64,000 bases of DNA, from assembly GCA_038087875.1 (NCBI GenBank), contig JAXLNO010002689.1, positions 1 to 64,000 on the forward strand, in the 5' to 3' direction. Below, piece after piece: positions 1 to 12,201 of the stretch (positions within the stretch are counted from its first letter, which is position 1; the number at the start of each line of letters is the position of its first letter). Below the pieces are notes generated by a model that was not told the origin of the DNA, made no database searches, and worked only from the letters and a program-made list of their open reading frames with translations. This stretch comes from Malacoraja senta (lineage: Eukaryota). Made by a program: the position numbers and the translations under genes.

Positions 1-144
1 TTTCTTTTTGAGAAGACTTTGCAAGACTGGTGGGATCTGGTTAGTAATTGGTCGCTTATTTCTCCAGATGTTTGTTACCCTATCTGAGCTCAAGGAACCC
101 CACTGTATGTTGGGGTTGGGTCGGTGTATGTTCTGATGGAACTT

Positions 145-700
145 TGGAGTTTGGTATTTGGAGCACTGTGAGCAAATTTGGGTCCCATATCTGAGGAAGG
201 ATGTGCTGGCTCTGGAGAGGGTCCAGAGGAGGTTTACAAGAATTATACCAGGAATGAGTGGGTTCGCATATGATGAACATTTTACAGCACTGGGACTCTA
301 CTCGCTGGAATTTAGAAGGTTGAGGGGGGACCTCAGTGAAACTTACAGAATAATGAAAGGCACAGATAGAGTGGATGCGGAAGGGATTTTTTCCACTGGT
401 GGGAGAGTCTAGGACCAGAGGTCATAGCCTCAGAATTAAAGGGCATTCTTTTAGAAAGTAGATGAGGAGGAACTTCTTTAGTCAGAGGGTAGTTAATCTG
501 CGGAACTCGTTGCCACAGAGGGATGTGGAGGCCAAGTCAGTGGATATTTTTTAAGGCAGAGATAGATAAATTCTTGATGAGAACGAGCTATGGGGAGAAG
601 GCAGGAAAATGGGATTAGGAGGCAGAGATCAGCCATGGTTGAATGGCGTAAGACTAGATGGGCCAAATGGCCTAATTCTACCCCTGTACCTAGTGAATGT
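145..700 (+). mobile_element. CR1-clade LINE 3' fragment (RT C-terminus + 3'UTR)
   Basis: ORF 158-412 [32 protein letters not shown]...LGLYSLEFRRLRGDL is the typical CR1 ORF2 C-terminus. Many near-identical siblings in the window. Confidence 0.9.
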
Positions 701-1469
701 GAACTATCGGGTTTAGTGTAAGCAAGGTTGAGTGTTGGGCTAGTGAAATCTGCACAAAATGTTCTGGGTGTGAGTGGCGTTTGCATTGAAACCAGAGAGG
801 GTGTGTTTTCGGATTGTCTTTCTTTGTATTGGGTGCTGAGTGGATGGGTGAAGTGCACAGTTGGGTGTGGGTGTGGTTTTAGATTTATACCGTGGTGTCG
901 GGGAATGCCGGAGGTGGGACAGAGATGGGACTGATTAATCAATGCACATGTAGAATCTGAAACAATCCCTTTGTGTGAGGGCCAAACCTGGATTCCACTG
1001 GCTCTCAAAAATCAACACTAATAGGAATCTGAGGAGTAACTTTTTCACACAAAGGGTGGTGGGTGTATAGAACGAGCTGCCAGAGGAGGTAGTTGAGGCG
1101 GGGACTATCACAACATTTAAGAAACAGTTAGACAGATACATAGATAGGACAGGTTTTGAGGGATATGGGCCAGACGCGGGCAGGTGGGACTAGTGTAGCT
1201 GGGACATGTTGGCCGGTGTGGGCAAGTTAAAGGCACTTCCATTAACAATGAACCACACAAGTGCAACTTGTCACTTTTTATGTGGTTATTTAATTACCTT
1301 GAGAGAATAACTGTCAATTTTGGAACAAAAGTGAAGCAGAATTGATTTTTCCAATACGGGGATAGTCAGAGATAGTTGCATAGCATTGTTCGTGTAACAC
1401 TGGCGTACAGGGAAAAGGTAAATAATGAAATGTCTGTCCAATAAAGGAGACACTATCTCGCGGCATTTA

Positions 1470-3890
1470 ATGTGAATGTGTTAGTTATAATTTTCCAAAA
1501 TTCTAAAGATTGCGATAATGTTCCTACAATTGGAGGGGAGAAAAATGTAACAGGACTGTTTTAAATGAAAGAGGAAGTGAAGAACAGGAAACTATATATA
1601 GACTGCTTAGCCTAACATCAGCGCTAGAAAAGACTGGAGTATAATAAAGATGAGATAATACTACACCTCTAATGTCAAAGATAGACACAAAGTGCTGGAT
1701 TAACTGCAGGTCAGGCAGCATCTCTGGAGAAAAAGGATGGGTGACATCTAAGGTCCTTCTTCAGACTGAAAGTCAAGCTGGGGGAGCTAGAATGTCCTCT
1801 AATGTCTAATGACACCTCCAATGTCATTGTTATTAGACAAATTCAGCATGGATTAGGGAAGGGAAATCATGGTTAACTAACCCACTGGCATTTTTAGGAG
1901 CATGTAAGCAATGAATGTGATGTACTTGGATTGTTAGAAAGCCTTTGATAAAGTCTCACAAAAATTTAGCATGCAAAATTAATGCACATAATATCGGGAT
2001 ATTGTATTGACTTGGAGTTAAAACTGGCTAGACTTTTAGACTTGAGATACAGCGCGGAAACAGGCCCTTCGGCCCACCGAGTCCATGCCAACCAGCCATC
2101 ACCCCATACACTGGCAGTATCCTTCACACAATTTACAGATACTTTATTGTCACATGTACCTAAGAACAGTGAACTGCTTTGTTTTGCATGCAATCCGGTA
2201 AAGTTATGTAACAGACCTCACCTCGGCAGTACACAAGTGTCGCCACGTTTTGGCGCCAACAATGTTTCAAAAGTCCACCGAGCATTCCTATCTACTGCCT
2301 GCCACCGCAAATGGGAACAGCAGCCCCTCTCCCCCAACCCCCCCGCCCCTGCATCCCCCCCCTTTGTTCTCAGCAGCTGTCCAACGGCCCTCCGCGCTCT
2401 CAGACGACCTTCCTCTCTCTTCGATCGTTCTTCGATGTCCTACCTCACTCTCCGATGGCCCACCTTGCTCTCGGGTGGATCGCGGGGTTCCATCTGGTTC
2501 TCGCGGCGTGGGTCCCGTCGCTGTCCATGGTGTGTGAGCCGGGCCTACCGGAGGGCTTGGCCTTGCTCACCGGGAACATTCCCGGCACGCTGCTCGCACG
2601 GAACAATTTTACCGAAGCAAATGAACCTACCGGTGTGTGGGAGGAAACCGGAGCACCCGGAGAAAACCCACATGGTCACAGGGAGAATGTACAAACATAC
2701 AGAGAGCACCTGTAGTCAGCATCGAACCCTGGTGTTTGGCACTTTATGGCGGCAATTCTACCGCTGCACCACCATGACAGACTGGAATAAGTGGGTCTTT
2801 TTCGAGGCAGGAGATACTAAAATAGTGGGTTACCATCAGAATCAGCGCATGGGCCTCAACTATTTATAATATCTTAATGAGTTGGAGAATACAATGTAAT
2901 GTTTTGAAGTTTGCTGATGACATTAAACTGCATTGATTGTTAATTATGAGGAGTAACCAAAGAAGGCTCAAGCCAGTTTCTTCAGAGATATTCACACTCA
3001 GAAACTTGAAGTTGGTGACTCTCTCCACCACCGACTCGTCAATGATGACAGGTTTGTCTCAAGAGCGTCTCGACCCAAAAGGTTACCCATTCCTTCTCTC
3101 CAGAGTTGCTGCCTGTCCCGCTGAGTTACTCCAGCTTTTTGTGTCTATCTTTTGGGAAACTGGCCTTCGAGAAGTCAAGAATCAGTTCATTGGATAGACA
3201 CAAAATGCTGGAGTAACTCAGCGGGACCAGCAGCATCTCTGGATAGAGGAATGGGTGATGTTTTGGGTCGAATCCCAATGAGCTCCTTGGTTTTACTGAC
3301 AATGAGACTGGGAATGTGTTGGTATTCAATGTGACTTGGACGCTCTTGTTCGCCTGTCACTAAGGACCCGCAAATCTAGCAAGTAGTTAACAAATAGTAT
3401 CTTGTCTTGCTGAACTTGTGTAGGTCTCTTGGTCTCTGTACCGTAGAAAGGATATACTTGCCATTATAACTAATAAAAGTATACTAAACTGATTTCTAGG
3501 ATGAAGCGTTGGTGTATGAGGTGGGATTAGGTAACTGGATTTGGATGAGGAACGAGACAGAATCTAATTGAAAATTGTAAAATTCTGCCAAGGCTAGACA
3601 GATAGTATGTGAGGAGATGTTTCTGTGCATGCAATTTTGGACTAGGATGAGGGACAACGTCTTTATTCTGTGAACCTATGTAATTGACTATTTAACATGG
3701 TTGTGGAGATTAAATTGCTAAATATTTGAGGAGATAAATTTCCGTACACAAGCATTAAGGGGCATTGGGAGTGAACAGGTATATAATTTTGAGATAGGTG
3801 ATCAACTATAATAATGAAAGGCAGATCAGACTTGAAGGGCCAAAGGCAGATCAGACTTGGTGGTGCTGCTGTTTCCTATTTTCTATGTTT
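1470..3890 (+). mobile_element. Old, highly decayed CR1 LINE split by younger insertions
   Basis: Degenerate remnants of IFQNS..VP..W...NVT.LFK, KAFDKV and KFADD in collinear order, interrupted by a V-SINE, Penelope-type repeats and other fragments. Boundaries approximate. Confidence 0.65.
2035..2776 (-). mobile_element. HE1-type V-SINE interrupted by a ~470-bp insertion (~2135-2602)
   Basis: SINE tail (gagatacagcgcggaaacaggcccttcggccc) at 2040 and V-domain/tRNA part (tgtgggaggaaaccgg...) at 2610-2775, separated by a GC-rich insert. Confidence 0.75.
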
Positions 3891-5092
3891 ATCTTTTCTG
3901 TCAAGGCCTGCTTCCTTAATGAACGATGTGAGCTGTACTTTGGAGATTTAATGGAAATTGCCTCACCTGTGATGTTGCAAAGGAAAGAAAAGCAGTGGTT
4001 AAGCTGTTGAAGACATTACACTGGGACCATTGACTATAATGATTGAGATAGCTACAACCATACACCAGCTAATTTATTTTTTGATGCAGCAGTGGCATTA
4101 ACTGTGAGAGATTTTCAGTAGTAAACCTGCAATTGCATCCTACGTTAACATCAAGTTCATCTCCTGTTGCCTTTCTCTCATGTTCAGCCACGATTTTCTC
4201 TGATTCAAAACTTTCTGAAGTTGACAGGCTTTGGTGAAATCAGACCCAGCATCAAGCACCAGTTACCAGGTTATTTTGCCTAAATCTTGATAAGTTCCAC
4301 TGTTGCATTGTGTTTAAGACTGATAGATGGGTGGCACAGTGGCACAGCTGGTTGAGCTACAACCTCACATCTCCAGAGACCCAGGTTCAATCTTGACGTC
4401 CAGAGCTATGTGTGTGTGGAAGTTGGTACGATTGCCCTATGATTGCATGAGTTTCACCCTGGAGCTCTGGCTTTCTCCCATATGCCAAAGGTTTGTGGGT
4501 TGGTTTAATGGCCGTTGTAGCTTTTCCCCCAAATTGTGGAGTGATGGAATTTAGAGGGAGTTGATAGAAATCTGCTGCGAATAAAATGGAATTATTGTAG
4601 ATGGGTGCTTGATGGTAGCCAGAGGTCCTGTTACCATGTAGTATAACTCCATGGCCTTTATTAATGATTACATTTAATTTATGCAGGGTTTTTAGAAATA
4701 AAAGATATCTGACTAAGCATCTGCACTGAAGGTAAAGGTATTGTGATTCTAATGCGTTTATCTTCAGTACCACATAATGGAATCAACCAACATCCATTGT
4801 TTCAATGTGCCATGTGCACTCAACTGATTAATATCTTGTGTAGTGAGCCAGCCTGGTCCAAGGGTAGACATCAAGTCCTCTTGGCGTTTTTGACTGCAGG
4901 TTCTTAAAAACAATTCAACGTCAATAAGATTTACCTTAAATCAAGGATGAGCATGTTCTTGGAGCCATCTCCTCTCAATAGTTGCTTGATTTTCATCATC
5001 TTTATCAACTGAATGTAACAGCACTTGCTTGTGAGCACCTCTCCCTTCCATAAACTTGACTGCAAATCTGATCTTAGTCTTCCTCATTTAGC

Positions 5093-5441
5093 AAAGGACA
5101 GGCTAGATGCAGGAAAAATTTTCCCAATGTTGGGGGAGTCCAGAACCAGGGGTCACAGTTTAATAATAAGGGGTAGGCCATTTAGGTCTGAGATGAGGAA
5201 AATACCTTTTCACCCAGAGAGTTGTGAATCTCTGCCACAGAAAGCAGTGGAGGCCAATTCACGGGATGTTTTCAAGAGAGAGTTAGAATTAGCTCTTGGG
5301 GCTAACAGAATTAAGGGATATGGGGAGAAAGCAGGAAAGGGGTAGCTGATTTTGGATGATCAGCCATGATCATATTGAATGGCAGTGCTGGCTCGAAGGG
5401 CTGAATGGCCTACTCCTGCATCTATTTTCTATGTTTCTATG
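5093..5441 (+). mobile_element. CR1 LINE 3' end
   Basis: Translates FPMLGESRTRGHSLIIRGRPFRSEMRK; ends in the typical tail cctactcctgcatctattttctatgtttctatg. Confidence 0.88.
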
Positions 5442-6188
5442 GCATAGTGCACAGTGAAGATGGCCACACTGCAGTGATTACACTGTGTCTTCACTAGGGC
5501 TGATTACTGGTTATTTGTATCTCCAGTTTTTTGTGGACAGGTTGGTTTGTGACGTAGAAATTGAGGTCAGCTCTCCTCTGCACTGTTCACTGAATTTTAG
5601 CAACGAGTAACATTTGATAGCACATCGATTAAATGATCTGTGAACGGCCCAGATGGCAAGAGCTGAGATGAATAATAAAGTACACACGTCCGATTAATAT
5701 TCAAAAGAAAGAAACTCCCAAACACCACTCTGTAGTAACTGAATTGATCCTGCATGTTGTGATGTTTTCCTGATGACTGAATTGCAGTAATAATTTAGTT
5801 GCTTTGTGCCCTTGGGTACAGAAGGTACTTTAGTAGATGTGCTGTAGCCCTTTAGTCCAGCTGTATAGGTAAGACAGCCAGGAAGGAAATGGGAAACATC
5901 GTAAGTAAGTAGTGGTGTGCAGGAAGGAACTGCAGATGCTGGTTTACACTGAAGGGCCTGTCCCACTATGGCGACCTTATTTGCGAGCTTAGGAGAGTTT
6001 GCGCTCGCCACAAGCTCGCAGCATGGTCGACACGTGGTCGTAGGTGGTCACTGGTAAGTCTCCTTCATGGTCGAGAGGAGTTCCCGCATAGTGGTTACTA
6101 CTCGAGGCCTCAGTTTGGTCGAGGAAAATTTTTCAACAAGCTGAAAAATTGGTCAGCATGGAGAAAATCGATACTTTTGAACTCGTAG

Positions 6189-7226
6189 TAGCAATGTTAC
6201 AAAATTTTGAGATTTAAAAAATCAAGTCTGCAATTTATCCCATCAGATAAAGCATAAAATGAACTTTAATTTGACACCTAATTCACTTTCATATCTTCAG
6301 TATTAAATAAGTTATGGCCATTTTCATACTCTGAAATAAGCATCTTGTTCCCTATTGCTTTTCTATTGACTTAACTCAAAAGCTGTGATCGTGGACAGTC
6401 AAAAGCCCATAACTTTCTTAAAAATTAAGAGAACCGAATGAAATTTTCAGTTATTATAGATTGAAGCATTCTGAAACAAATAAGAAATAATCTTACTTGG
6501 ATGACCTGAAATTAAAACATATAATTAGTTAGTTACCTAATTGTAGGTAATTACAAAATTCAATTACTAGATCTAAACATCTGTCCATTTCTTAAGAAAA
6601 GGTTAACATTTTTAAATAGCCTAAGTGTCCAAATAACATTCACACAAGAATTCACAATATAACATGATTTTTAAATCTCATTGTCATGAATTTATAGGCC
6701 AAATGGAAGGAATTTAGTGTTTAATTCCCGTAAATTAATGGCCATTTAAATCATCTTGCGAGTGAGATTTTGGGGAACGCGATCGTTTGGAACGTTGCGG
6801 TTGCGGTGAATTTAAACCCCATATTGGCAGGAAAAACACTGCCGCTTCGTATGGGGCCTTAATCACATTTTTGCCGATGAAATTTTGATTAAAGTAATCC
6901 TAAGAAGCAAGTTTATATGTAAAATAAACGACTTACCTTATGTTTTGTCCCCTACGTGAGATCCGTCCCGTTGTCGGCGTTGACAGTAGATTTTTATTTT
7001 ACTCCAGCGATTAAATTGTCCCGCGGTTTTAATTTTTTTTTTTCCGAGAACGGCATTCGGAACGATTTTTCAGCATCAGATAGTAGCCCGAGAAAATATA
7101 TCTCAGACAGGCAGGAGAAAACGGCATTTTAATCCTGCCCCCCCCCCCCTCAAAGGCGCCAAAGTCGCGCACACGGCCAGTGACAGAACTGCAGCGCCGC
7201 TGAAGGTAAGTTTTGTAACATACCTA
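6189..7226. mobile_element. Non-autonomous TIR DNA transposon with 7-bp TSD, copy 1 (superfamily uncertain)
   Basis: Imperfect TIRs TAGCAATGTTACAAAA / TTTTGTAACATACCTA, flanked by CTCGTAG on both sides. Highly similar along its length to 36247-37341. No ORF. Confidence 0.85.
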
Positions 7227-7593
7227 CTCGTAGTGCAGTGGTAGTGGGGTCGCCATGTCGTTATAGGTAGTCGAGGTAATCTCCTTTGCTGACTAGGCAT
7301 TTTAATTGGCTTGTTGGGGAAAAATAGCACGAGTTTTCAGAACCAAGGAAAACCGACCGGTAATGGTAAATGCCCGCTAAACTTCACAGCTGTGTATCTC
7401 TGGCTTATTAAAAGTGTCTCCACTCCTTCTTCCCATCCCCCCCTTCTTTCCCCTTCTCCCCCCTTCTCCCCTCCCCCCTCTTTTAAAGGTCTTACCGTAC
7501 ACTGTGCCAGCCGTCTTTAACCTTCCTGTTCATCGCGGGTATCACCTTGGTTTTGCACTGTGTGAATTTCAGACAGTGTTCCCCCCTCTTTCC

Positions 7594-7757
7594 NNNNNNN
7601 NNNNNNNNNNNNNNNNNNNNNNNNNNNNNNNNNNNNNNNNNNNNNNNNNNNNNNNNNNNNNNNNNNNNNNNNNNNNNNNNNNNNNNNNNNNNNNNNNNNN
7701 NNNNNNNNNNNNNNNNNNNNNNNNNNNNNNNNNNNNNNNNNNNNNNNNNNNNNNNNN
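7594..7757. other. Assembly gap (164 N)
   Basis: Run of n characters. Confidence 1.
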
Positions 7758-8159
7758 CGATCCAGCTCACGGTTTTTCAGGCGAGTACCCCCGAGCTTGA
7801 AGGTCGCAGGCAGTTTGCTGAAAAGTCGCGTAAGTGGGACAGGCCCTTGAAGATCGACACAAAATGCTGGAGTAACTCAGCGGGATAGGCAGCAAAGTAT
7901 AGCATAGCAGGTATGGTAGGTCGTGGTGCTCTGTTTTAAAACTGTGAAATCAGAGTGCAAGACTCGGCTCCTGGAAGTTAGTGGGATAATTTAAACTTGG
8001 ATTTTAAAAGCTTTAGGAAGATATAAAACAATAATTCTGAATATAAACAGGAGTCTTGATTTCAGTGGAGTATAGGGCCAGATATTTACAGATGACAGAG
8101 GAAAGAGAGCGTTGGTTTTGTCTGATTTTTCCAGATTTGCAGCGATGAGGATGTAGAGT

Positions 8160-8676
8160 TGCTTTGCACCTCCTCCAACCTCATCTACTGTACCCGCTGT
8201 TCCAGGTGTCAACTTCTCTACATCGGCGAGACTAAGAGCAGGCTCAGCGATCGTTTCGCTGAACACCTCCGCTCGGTCCGCCTTAACCTACCTGATCTCC
8301 CGGTTGCCCAGCACTTCAACTCCCTCTCCCATTCCCGATCTGACCTTTCTGTCCTGGGCCTCCCCCATTGTCACTGTGAGGCTCAGTGCAAATTTGAAGA
8401 ACAGCACCTCATATTTTGCTGGGATAGTTTACACCCCAGTGGTATGAACATTGACTTCTCTAACTTCAGATAGCCCTTGCTTTCTTTCCCTCTCCATCCC
8501 CTCCCCCTTCCCAGTTCTCCCACCAGTCTTACTGTCTCCGACTACATTCTATCTCTGTCCTGCCCACTCCCCTGACATCAGTCTGAAGAAGGGTCTCGAC
8601 CCGAAACGTCACCCATTCCTTCTCTCCAGAGATGCTGCCTCCCCCGCTGAGTTACTCCAGCATTTTGTGTCTACCT
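8160..8676 (+). mobile_element. Penelope-like element 3' fragment: GIY-YIG endonuclease + terminal repeat
   Basis: ORF 8159-8473 CTSSNLIYCTRCSRCQLLYIGETKSRLSDRFAEH...VAQHFN...EEQHLIF..LHPSGMN carries the IY...YIG, R..EH, HF, E and G.N motifs. It is followed by the terminal repeat (ctgaagaagggtctcgacccgaaacgtc...gagttactccagcattttgtgtcta) seen dozens of times in the window. Confidence 0.9.
8583..8610 (+). ncRNA. Minimal hammerhead-ribozyme-like motif in the Penelope terminal repeat
   Basis: CTGAAGA-A-GGGT(CTCG)ACCC-GAAA-CGTC: CUGANGA box, stem II, GAAA box and GUC triplet. Stems I and III are minimal. Minimal hammerheads are established features of Penelope-like elements; activity is not shown. 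Confidence 0.6.
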
Positions 8677-9391
8677 TTAAAGTAACTAACTGCCTGTTTC
8701 ACAAACCCTCAAATCCCACCAGATCAGATTCCCCTTCTCGTAACACTGGGGAATTGTTCATGGCTTATTCTGTTGCGACACCTCTTCCAGCAGGCTTCTG
8801 AGGGAATTGGAGCATGTTCCTAATGGACCTCTTCCTATAACTGCTGGGCGGATGGGCAAGCCATGACAGGCCATGTGCAGAAGGCTAATCAACCTTGAAT
8901 GTACTGCTGGTGTATGCATCTTGTGAATTATAAAGAGCTGCTCATAATGGGAGTCTCAGAGCAGTCTCCAAACTAAAGATTAAACAATGTTTACAGTGAT
9001 TCTATGAGTTGTTGTAGATGGGGAAATTACTTCCACTGATTGGGGTGCAGAATAAAGCAATTAACATGAAAATCACAACTAACTCATTGATGACTAATGT
9101 CAATGATTTTTCATAATATTGCAAAACTCTTATTAAACACTCACCACAATGTGGAGACACAGAACAATTGATAGTGTACATTATTGCAAAGATAGGGAAG
9201 GTGGCAAAGCAAAGGAAAAGATGGAATTTAGCAAAGAGATTTGGAATGAAATCGATGGGATGCCAGTTATTGTACAGACCAACCTGCCATTGTACACTTT
9301 AGTTCTTATTGTTCAGTTCAAGAATTTCAGATAATCATCTTTATTCTAAATGCTCTGGCAATTTCAGATAACTGTTGCGCATTGTTTTATC

Positions 9392-9630
9392 TGAATGAAT
9401 GAATGAATGAATGAATGAATAAATGAATACGTTTATTGGCCAAGGATGTACACATACAAGGAATTTGCCTTGGTGCTCCGCTCGCAAGTAACAACACAAC
9501 ATACAGTAAACAATTAAGAATAAAACTTTATAGTTTAAACATGTGAATGAAATAAAATACCAGAGCAAAAGGAGGCTACAGGCTTTTGGTTATTGAGTAG
9601 AGCTACTGCTCGTGGAAAAAAGCTGTTTTA
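9392..9630 (-). mobile_element. Non-LTR retroelement 3' end with (ATTC)n tail (L2-like)
   Basis: (gaat)n array then tttattggccaag...aaggaatttgccttggtgctccg. Siblings at ~49110-49260 (-) and ~56945-57090 (+). Confidence 0.6.
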
Positions 9631-11568
9631 CCTCTTCAAGTCTTGTGAGGTGAGACCTGGAGAATTAAGGTGACAGTGGCATCTTATGGACAGAATGGAA
9701 TCTGTGTTTTCTCCAACATGGAGGGAGGGTATCAGATTATGGACATTGACCACAATACCTTCAATTGGAAATACAAATACATTGCAGCTTCACTTGGAAG
9801 GAGTGTTTGGCTCCATGGAAAGTGGGAGAGGAAAAGGTCAAAGAGCATGGGAGGGTGCCATGTGAAAGGGGGGAGGGATTGGTACTGGTGCTGGAAGAGT
9901 CTTGAACATGATTAATCGTGGAAATGCTTCCCTGTAGCAACTCTGTTCCATTCTAAGTTTCTTCAGCTTTGTATGTTCAGACGAAGACATGCTGGAGCTT
10001 TGGAGATATCTTTATTTTTACCTCACCAAGCCTTCCCAAACTCTGACCAAGACCTCAAGGAATTGCAGAGAGTTGTGGACATAGCTCAGTCCATCACACA
10101 AACCAACCTCCTCACATTGACTCCATCTACACTTCACGCTGCCTCGGGGAAGCAGCCTACATAATCGGGAACTATATTCATCATTCCCTCTTCTTCCCTC
10201 TACCATAGGGCAGAACTATAATAACTTGAAAGCATGTACTACTAGATTCTGGAACAGCTTCTTCCCTGCTACAATCACACTACTGAACAATCCTCTCATA
10301 AGCTGGGGTTTTGTCCTGATTTCCCAGCCTCATTGCAAATCTTGCATTAAAAAAAAATCTGCACTTTCTCTGTAACTGTAATACTATACACTGCAGTCTG
10401 GTATTTATTCACATTGCATTTCCCATTGTAATTGTGTGGATGGTTTGATTGCACTCATAGTATGACTTGTCTAGATTGCATGCAAACAAAGTCTTTCTCT
10501 ATATCTCAGTACAGGTGACAATAATAATAATAAACTCAATACTATTTCTTCCCTACTATACCCGACTGTTTTGTATCTCACATTTGTGGCCTCACTCCCA
10601 CACCATCCACTTGGAACAGGGGTAGGATCTCCTCATCCTCATCTTCCATCCCATCCGCTTCCATATGCGAGTCAACGTTTGTGATTTCTGCCATCTTTAT
10701 TGTGATGCCATCACTAGACAAAATGTCCCCTCCCGCATTAACAATTCTGCAAAGGCCATCCCTCCACAAGCCTCGGGTTCTTCTTCCATCCCCACCAGCA
10801 CCTAACCCCACCCCCCCGCCCCCCCGCCCCCTCACCTCCCATACAACACCTACCCTTTCACCTCTTCCCTCGAGACATCTTGAGACATAGCCCCTCTGAT
10901 AAAGCAGCAATGTACTCATACTGGCGCCCGTGCAGTTTCCATACTCCTACACGAGTGCTGATGAGGTGGAAAAAATTCCACAAGTCATGGTGGTAATCGA
11001 CATTGAAAATCGGCAATGCTTTCAGCAGCAAGGTTTGACCCAGGGACATTGAGATCTCGCAAAGACACAGGACAGCATCAATGAGATGCTTCAGTGAAAT
11101 TCCACAGAGTTAAAAATCACAAGGTCATGGATATTAGGTTAGCACAAAAGAGCCTATCATCTGGGAGCAAAACACAGAATAAGAAGGGTCCCGACCTGAA
11201 GCATCTGGTCTATTCCCTCCACAGATGCTGCCCAACTCACTGAGTTCCTCCAGCAGTTTGTGTTTTGCTCAAAAGTGCAACATGTGCACTTTCTTGGGTC
11301 TGAGGTGTGAGAGTCTCTTTTGTCCGTGGTGTTGTATCTGGCCTTTCTGTCTGTGCCCTTGTGTCGGATAGTGGTAAGCAGCTGCCTTGAACCCTGCAGC
11401 ACAGGTGAAGGACCAGCGACGTGTGGGCTTTGCGTGGAGCTCTGAAGCAATAAGCTGGGGTTGTGAACTGCCTGCTGTACTGAGCACAGCGGGGAGGAGA
11501 GGCAAGACTGTTTGTGACATGCAAAGAAATCCCTTAACTTGCATTTTGTCTCTGCTTTTGTTTTTCAG

Positions 11569-11666
11569 CCGATATTATTTCTACGGTAGAATTCAACAGC
11601 ACAGGAGAACTGTTAGCGACAGGGGACAAGGGGGGTCGAGTTGTAATATTTCAGAGGGAGCAGGAG
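11569..11666 (+). CDS. PPP2R2B: PP2A regulatory subunit B55-beta, internal coding exon (98 nt)
   Basis: Preceded by a polypyrimidine tract and tttttcAG, followed by GTGAGT. Translates (A)[32 protein letters not shown], the B55-family first WD40 repeat. Starts with 2 nt of a split codon and ends in phase 0, matching the next exon. This frame is not in the ORF track. Confidence 0.96.
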
Positions 11667-12201
11667 GTGAGTTGCACTGAAAAGCCAGCATGTCTGTTTT
11701 GTTCCTATTAGGCAGAATCCTGCTGATTTCCAAGTCGCATTGATATTGAACTTTAAAGCTCTCCTATGAGTGACTTGGGAAATGTATTCCTGTATCTGAC
11801 GAGCTGACATTTTTCCCCTCAGGCTTTTATGAGGCTGCATTTTAATATTCTTAATACTGTCAGATGGGTTGCAACTGTCAAACTGTGCATGCCTTTCCTT
11901 TCAACGTGCATGTACATGGTTTCTTCAAGAATTCATGCAAAACGAGCAGAACCTGGGAACCATGGCAATCTGGTTAGAGGATAGTGGGCTTGAGTTTGTT
12001 CCTGAGAGTTGAATACAAAATCTTCACTAACACACCAGTACTGAAACTTGAGGTAAAATATTAAAATAGAATCCTCCTTCTTAAAGCTATAAACTATCCT
12101 ATTTTATTACTTTTGGAAAAGGGTAGGTTCACCCTTGTGTAAGAAGAAACTGCAGATGCTGGTTTAAACTGAAGATCGACACAAAAAGCTGGAGTAACTC
12201 A

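Larger units (their letters stand above)
5953..7847. mobile_element. PIF/Harbinger-like non-autonomous DNA transposon carrying a nested insertion
   Basis: TIRs AGGGCCTGTCCCACT...AGTGGGACAGGCCCT and 3-bp TSD TGA (5950-5952, 7848-7850). Removing it restores the host repeat ggtttacacTGAagatcgacacaaaatgc. Body is homologous to 40096-40803. Confidence 0.82.

Noticed and set aside
1425-1565. ATGAAATGTCTGTCC (MKCLS...) resembling the MKCFS start of the mitochondrial B55-beta2 alternative first exon
   Set aside because: Similarity stops after ~5 codons, no suitable donor, and the frame runs into decayed CR1 sequence.
1982-2869. 295-aa ORF
   Set aside because: Crosses CR1, V-SINE and a GC-rich insert; a chance chimeric frame with no coherent domain.
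11387-11680. 97-aa ORF overlapping the first PPP2R2B exon
   Set aside because: Wrong frame; the real exon is in another frame bounded by splice sites.
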